NCBI GenBank assembly: GCA_963740355.1
Contig: CAVUDW010000003.1
Location: 352,001-416,000 of the forward strand
Length of the DNA stretch: 64,000 nucleotides
Direction of reading: 5' to 3'
DNA from: an uncultured Gemmatimonadaceae bacterium
GTDB taxonomy: Bacteria > Gemmatimonadota > Gemmatimonadetes > Gemmatimonadales > Gemmatimonadaceae
Position 1 is the first letter of the stretch. Every line of letters begins with the position of its first letter. Below are positions 59,925-64,000 of this stretch, in pieces. The position numbers were made by a program, and so were the translations under genes. The notes beneath the pieces are model-generated. The model did no database searches. It had not been told where the DNA came from and saw only the letters and a program-made list of their open reading frames with translations.

Positions 59925-61016
59925 TCACGACGCGTTGGCGTATTCCCGCGACCGCACATCGCGAGGCGCTGCACGCTGCAGCAGCAATGTCTGGGTTGGA
60001 TAGGCGAACTCGATCCCCGCGTCCTCGAACTGCGCGTGCACAGACAGGTTGACCTGTTGCTGGATGTCCATGTACAGGTTGTAGTCAGCGGAGTTCACGA
60101 AGTACACGACCTCATAGTCGACAGCGAAATCAGCGAACGAAGCCAGATGCGCGCGGTCGAACCGCACTGGCGACTGGCGCTCCACCGCGTCGCGCAGCAT
60201 TCCTGGAATCTGCTCGAGCAGCTCCCTGCCGGTCTGGTACGTCACGCCAACGTGGAATACCACGCGCCTTTCCTGCATCCGGCCGTAGTTGCGCACCCGG
60301 CTGTCGAGCAGGTCACTATTCGAAAAAATGAGTTGCTCGCCGGACAATGCACGCAGCCGCGTTGTCTTCAGCCCGACGCGATCCACCGTGCCCATCAGCT
60401 CGCCCACCGCGATGAAGTCACCAATCACGAACGGCTTGTCGAGCACGATGGCGAGCGACGCGAAGAGGTCTCCGAGGATCTTCTGTGTCGCGAGCGCAAT
60501 GGCGACGCCGCCCACGCCGAGACTCGCCACGAACGCAGTGATGTTGACGCCAAGATTGTCGAGTGCCAACAGCAATACCACGGTCCAGATCACTACCTGC
60601 ACGGCCACCTGCATCGCGGCTAGCATCGTGGACGTGCTGCGGTCCTCTGCGGGCCGCCGCCCCCGGTGGACGGCAATCACTCCGCGCGCGGCCGCCGTGC
60701 ACCAGAATCCCACCTGCGCCAGCAACGCGAGCGCCGCCACCCCGCTCGCCCACCGTTCGACGTCGGACGAGAGCGGCAGGGAGCGCAATCCGACGAAAAG
60801 ACCGCCGACGACCACGAGCAGCGTTCGCGTGCTGCGGACCACGTTCACGACGACGTCGTCCCACGGGTTCGCGGTGCGCTTCGACAGAATTGCAAGGCGC
60901 TTTGCGACGACGGAACGCAAGACAAGAGCACACGCCACGACCGCCGCCGACAGTGCTGCCGCACGCAACAACGCCACGGTGGAGAGGTCTGTGAGAACGA
61001 CCGATTCGGGGAGCAC
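59925..61016 (-). CDS. mscS: MscS small-conductance mechanosensitive channel
   Basis: SLGVGGVAIALA, DKPFVIGD, GLKTTRLR..GEQLIFSN, GIEFAYPT; RBS GGGAGGAG before GTG 61016. Confidence 0.92.
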   Translation of the reverse strand: MLPESVVLTDLSTVALLRAAALSAAVVACALVLRSVVAKRLAILSKRTANPWDDVVVNVVRSTRTLLVVVGGLFVGLRSLPLSSDVERWASGVAALALLAQVGFWCTAAARGVIAVHRGRRPAEDRSTSTMLAAMQVAVQVVIWTVVLLLALDNLGVNITAFVASLGVGGVAIALATQKILGDLFASLAIVLDKPFVIGDFIAVGELMGTVDRVGLKTTRLRALSGEQLIFSNSDLLDSRVRNYGRMQERRVVFHVGVTYQTGRELLEQIPGMLRDAVERQSPVRFDRAHLASFADFAVDYEVVYFVNSADYNLYMDIQQQVNLSVHAQFEDAGIEFAYPTQTLLLQRAAPRDVRSREYANAS

Positions 61017-61189
61017 GAGTCTCCTCCCGCCAACCTGCGACCGCAGGCCAGCCCAGTAAATCACAAGTGGGAGCCGGCTCGGCATGCCGTCCGGACCATC
61101 GAGCTGTGCCGCTGCGTGCGACGAGCAATGCGGCAGGAACTACCGACGCCGGTCCTGATCGAACACTCAGGAATCCACGGGGCGCGGAC

Positions 61190-61219
61190 TGTCAATTACA
61201 TAGATACAAATATAGTATT
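61190..61219. promoter_or_regulatory. AT-rich divergent promoter region (mscS-ots versus usp-marR), possible MarR site
   Basis: TGTCAATTACATAGATACAAATATAGTATT; minus-strand TTGACA at 61195-61190. Confidence 0.45.
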
Positions 61220-61278
61220 CGGGGACGCTCGCGGTGGCAACCCACGCGCCGCACTTCCCGATCATGCTGGAGGCTCAC

Positions 61279-61842
61279 ATGCTGAATCGACTGCTCGTCG
61301 TGCTCGACGAATTCGATCCATCCGAGATCGCGATCATGGACGCCCTGCATCTCGCCGGCGAGCACGGCAGTGCCGTGCTCTTCGTCGGCATCGTACCGTC
61401 GCTGACGGTGCCACAGTTCGACGTGCCGAGCCTCTCGCTTCTCTTCACCTCTCGGCGGCAGGCAACCGCCGAGGCGACCGTGAGAAGCCGAATCGACCGC
61501 GGCGTCCGCGAGGCGTCGCGTCTCGGGCTGCATAGCGCATTCCGCCTGCTCAACCCGCCACGCAGTGCCAGGATGGTGGTCGCTGTCGCAGAGGAGGAGA
61601 GGTGCGACACGATCATCATCGCATCCGACGGTCGGTCGGCGCTGCGTCGCCTCATCGCGGGGAGCCTGATCCCCGGCCTCATCACACACGCACCGATGCC
61701 CGTCATCGTGTGCAAGGCGCACCGCGATGTCGTGCCGGCGCTGGTGACAAGGAAGCCACCGACGCGAGATCCGGCCCCCGCGCGGCCTGTCGTCCCGCGA
61801 CGTCGTCCGACGCGCGGCGGGCTCGCAGGGGTGCCGGCGTGA
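61279..61842 (+). CDS. Universal stress protein (Usp)
   Basis: RBS GGAGG; RLLVVLD, CDTIIIASDGRSALRRLIAGS..HAPMPVIVC. Confidence 0.88.
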   Translation: MLNRLLVVLDEFDPSEIAIMDALHLAGEHGSAVLFVGIVPSLTVPQFDVPSLSLLFTSRRQATAEATVRSRIDRGVREASRLGLHSAFRLLNPPRSARMVVAVAEEERCDTIIIASDGRSALRRLIAGSLIPGLITHAPMPVIVCKAHRDVVPALVTRKPPTRDPAPARPVVPRRRPTRGGLAGVPA

Positions 61843-62354
61843 TCGACGTGCCTCCGCGACGCCGTCGCGTTGACGAGCCGGACTCGCTTGCCGCACCCGC
61901 CACGCCCGACACGGTGCTTCAGCAGTTCCGGGTCGTCTTCACGGCCATCAAGACGCACTTTCAACAGTTGGAACGACAGGCCGGCATCGGTGGCGCACAG
62001 GTCTGGGCCCTTGCCACGATTCGGGACCACCCGCGCATGAGCATCGGTGAGCTCGCCATCGCGCTCAGCGTGCGTCAGCCGACGGCGAGCAACCTCGCAC
62101 GCAGTCTCGCCGAGCAGGGCTGCATCACCCACGAGCGCCGCACAGACGACCGGCGTGGTGTCACCCTGCGCATCACGGGCGCTGGCCGGGCATTGCTCGG
62201 GCGTGTGTCACCACCGTACGAGGGGGTCTTGCCGGCGGCCTTGGGAAAGCTCGATCCAGACACCCTCCACAGGCTCGACGTGGACCTGCGCGAACTCATC
62301 AGCCACCTGAACGCGGACGACAGTGCGCGCCTGCGACCGCTCGCCTCACTGTAG
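61839..62354 (+). CDS. MarR family regulator
   Basis: GTGA overlap; GAQVWAL, IGELA..VRQPTASNL, DDRRGV.LRIT.AG. Confidence 0.9.
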   Translation: MIDVPPRRRRVDEPDSLAAPATPDTVLQQFRVVFTAIKTHFQQLERQAGIGGAQVWALATIRDHPRMSIGELAIALSVRQPTASNLARSLAEQGCITHERRTDDRRGVTLRITGAGRALLGRVSPPYEGVLPAALGKLDPDTLHRLDVDLRELISHLNADDSARLRPLASL

Positions 62355-62380
62355 CACCGACACCGGCGAGCGACGGCGCA

Positions 62381-63751
62381 CTACCGCCGCTCGACGTTCG
62401 TCAGTTCGACGGAGTCCACCTTCAGGCGCGTCGCGAGAAATGCTCGCAATCGGGTCGACGCGGTGCGATCCGGCGAACGGCGCCACGTTGCCACGACGGC
62501 GACACGCGGGGTGATCGCCGGCTTCGCAGCGGTGTCGGCGTCGGAGACAATGCGACCGACAGCCAGCGACACCAGTCCGGGATTGAGCGCGCGCACCTCC
62601 GAAAAGAGGCTCCTGGTCGGCAGTTCCGCCGCCCGCAGGCGGACGACCTCCGCCTGCAGCTCCGTCGCACGTTGCGCATCGACCGACGGCGTCTTCGCAT
62701 CGCGCGTCGTCATGCCTTTCAGCGCCTCCTGCCGCAGCACATCGGCGAGCTCCTCCAGCGACGGCTGATGCCCGAGCGGCTGTCGCAGCACCAGACGCGT
62801 CTTCGCGAGTCCATACGCCGGAAGGCGCCGGCGCACGGAGTCGACCTGCGCGACGGGCACCGGTTCACCGATCAGCGTCGCCTCGATGGTGGAGGAATCG
62901 CGCGCATATCGGAACACTGTGTTGAGGATGCTTCGGTCGGCGAACACCAGGTTCTCCGCAACGAAGCGGCGCGCCGCGCCCTTGAAACGTGTCTCCTGCA
63001 CGACGTTCCAGCCGGTGTAGATGCTCGGCAGGACGAGCACGAGCGTCAGGAACACGATGACCGTGCGCACGCGACCACGTGTCGTCGACTCCGGTACGGC
63101 GACCTGCGGAAAATGCATCAGTCGCACGAAGCCGAGCGTCGCGAGGCAGATGAAGAGCGCGTTGATCAGGAACAGGTGCATCGCGCCGAGGAAGAACCAG
63201 AGATCGCCGTGTGCGAGACCGAAGCCCGCCGTGCAGAGTGGCGGCATGAGCGCGGTCGCAATCGCCACCCCGGGAAGCACCTGACTCTTGTTCGCCTTGC
63301 GTGTGACGGCGACGATGCCAGCCGCGCCACCGAACAGCGCGATCAGCACGTCATACAGCGTCGGTCGTGTCCGTGCGAGGAGTTCGGACTGTGCCTCGGC
63401 CAGCGGCGAGATGAAGAAGAAGAGCGTTGACGCCGCGAGTGAGATGCCCGTCGCGAACATCAGGCTGCGCACACTGCGGCGCAGCAGCAGGACGTCACTC
63501 GTGCCGAGCGCGACCCCCATGCCGACAATCGGTCCCATGAGCGGCGAGATGAGCATCGCGCCGATGATGACCGCGGTCGAGTTGACGTTCAGGCCGACGG
63601 ATGCGATGAGGATCGCGAAGACCAGCGCCCAGGCACCGCCGCTCCGCAGTTCGACGTCGCCGCGGACCTGCTCGACACTGCCGGCGTAGTCCGTCTCGGC
63701 CCGAAGGGACAGGACCGCACGGGCAGTCCCAAGAAGGGTCTGAGAGTTCAC
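62381..63751 (-). CDS. DUF389 (TIGR00341-like) membrane protein
   Basis: IASVGLNVNSTAVIIGAMLISPLMGPI, RTRPTLYD, GVAIATALMPPL. Confidence 0.92.
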   Translation of the reverse strand: MNSQTLLGTARAVLSLRAETDYAGSVEQVRGDVELRSGGAWALVFAILIASVGLNVNSTAVIIGAMLISPLMGPIVGMGVALGTSDVLLLRRSVRSLMFATGISLAASTLFFFISPLAEAQSELLARTRPTLYDVLIALFGGAAGIVAVTRKANKSQVLPGVAIATALMPPLCTAGFGLAHGDLWFFLGAMHLFLINALFICLATLGFVRLMHFPQVAVPESTTRGRVRTVIVFLTLVLVLPSIYTGWNVVQETRFKGAARRFVAENLVFADRSILNTVFRYARDSSTIEATLIGEPVPVAQVDSVRRRLPAYGLAKTRLVLRQPLGHQPSLEELADVLRQEALKGMTTRDAKTPSVDAQRATELQAEVVRLRAAELPTRSLFSEVRALNPGLVSLAVGRIVSDADTAAKPAITPRVAVVATWRRSPDRTASTRLRAFLATRLKVDSVELTNVERR

Positions 63752-63839
63752 GCAGGTGCCTCGCGGTGGAGAGTGGTGGCGCGTCTTCTACCGCCCCCCC
63801 GGACACGAGGGATCAGGGCGACGGAATCTTGTGGGGACG

Positions 63840-63873
63840 AAAACGAAACGCGGCCCCACACCGGAGGCCGCGT
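63840..63873 (-). terminator. Possible rho-independent terminator
   Basis: ACGCGGCC/GGCCGCGT 8-bp stem followed on the minus strand by TTCGTTTT. Confidence 0.5.
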
Positions 63874-64000
63874 CTGCTACTCGAACCAGCGACCCGGCGG
63901 ATAGCACCGACGGGCAGTAAACCTATCAGCCCTCCAAAATCGTTGGATACGCTGACCTGCTTAACTCACTTCATTCCAATGTGTGATCGCCGTCAATGCA

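Overview
GC-rich bacterial chromosome window. The protein families look Gemmatimonadota-like, but that taxonomy is inference. From left to right it holds: (1) a minus-strand MoxR/DUF58/BatA-VWA/DUF4159/TPR-peptidase operon (1-10950); (2) a PA2779-like double-glycine protein next to a C39 peptidase-TPR-POTRA-barrel fusion split by one frameshift; (3) a DUF4198-HupE/UreJ Ni/Co-type cluster; (4) an accessory zone (16.8-28.9 kb) centred on a stand-alone HUH/Y1 (RAYT/TnpA-REP-like) transposase gene; (5) a phospholipase D gene, a YtrA/GntR-ABC module with a B. subtilis-like operator, and a detoxification cluster (NIF3, Ere-like esterase, RidA, class V aminotransferase, dienelactone hydrolase, three DinB, GlxA, SnoaL); (6) a LAL-type LuxR regulator and an SGNH lipoprotein with a four-box 22-bp-phased upstream array; (7) arsR-acr3 (two frameshifts)-metallophosphoesterase; (8) an osmo/salt-stress block (NhaP, ClC, GH15-otsB-membrane-anchored otsA, MscS, Usp, MarR, DUF389). 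The strongest signal is the 15-mer CCGGTGACAGTGCAC. I counted 17 copies by eye, all intergenic: 16 lie in 16.8-28.9 kb and one lies at 49356. They flank the transposase as inverted repeats and partition co-oriented genes into cassette-like units. No rRNA, tRNA or CRISPR array was seen. All product calls come from motif recognition, not database searches.
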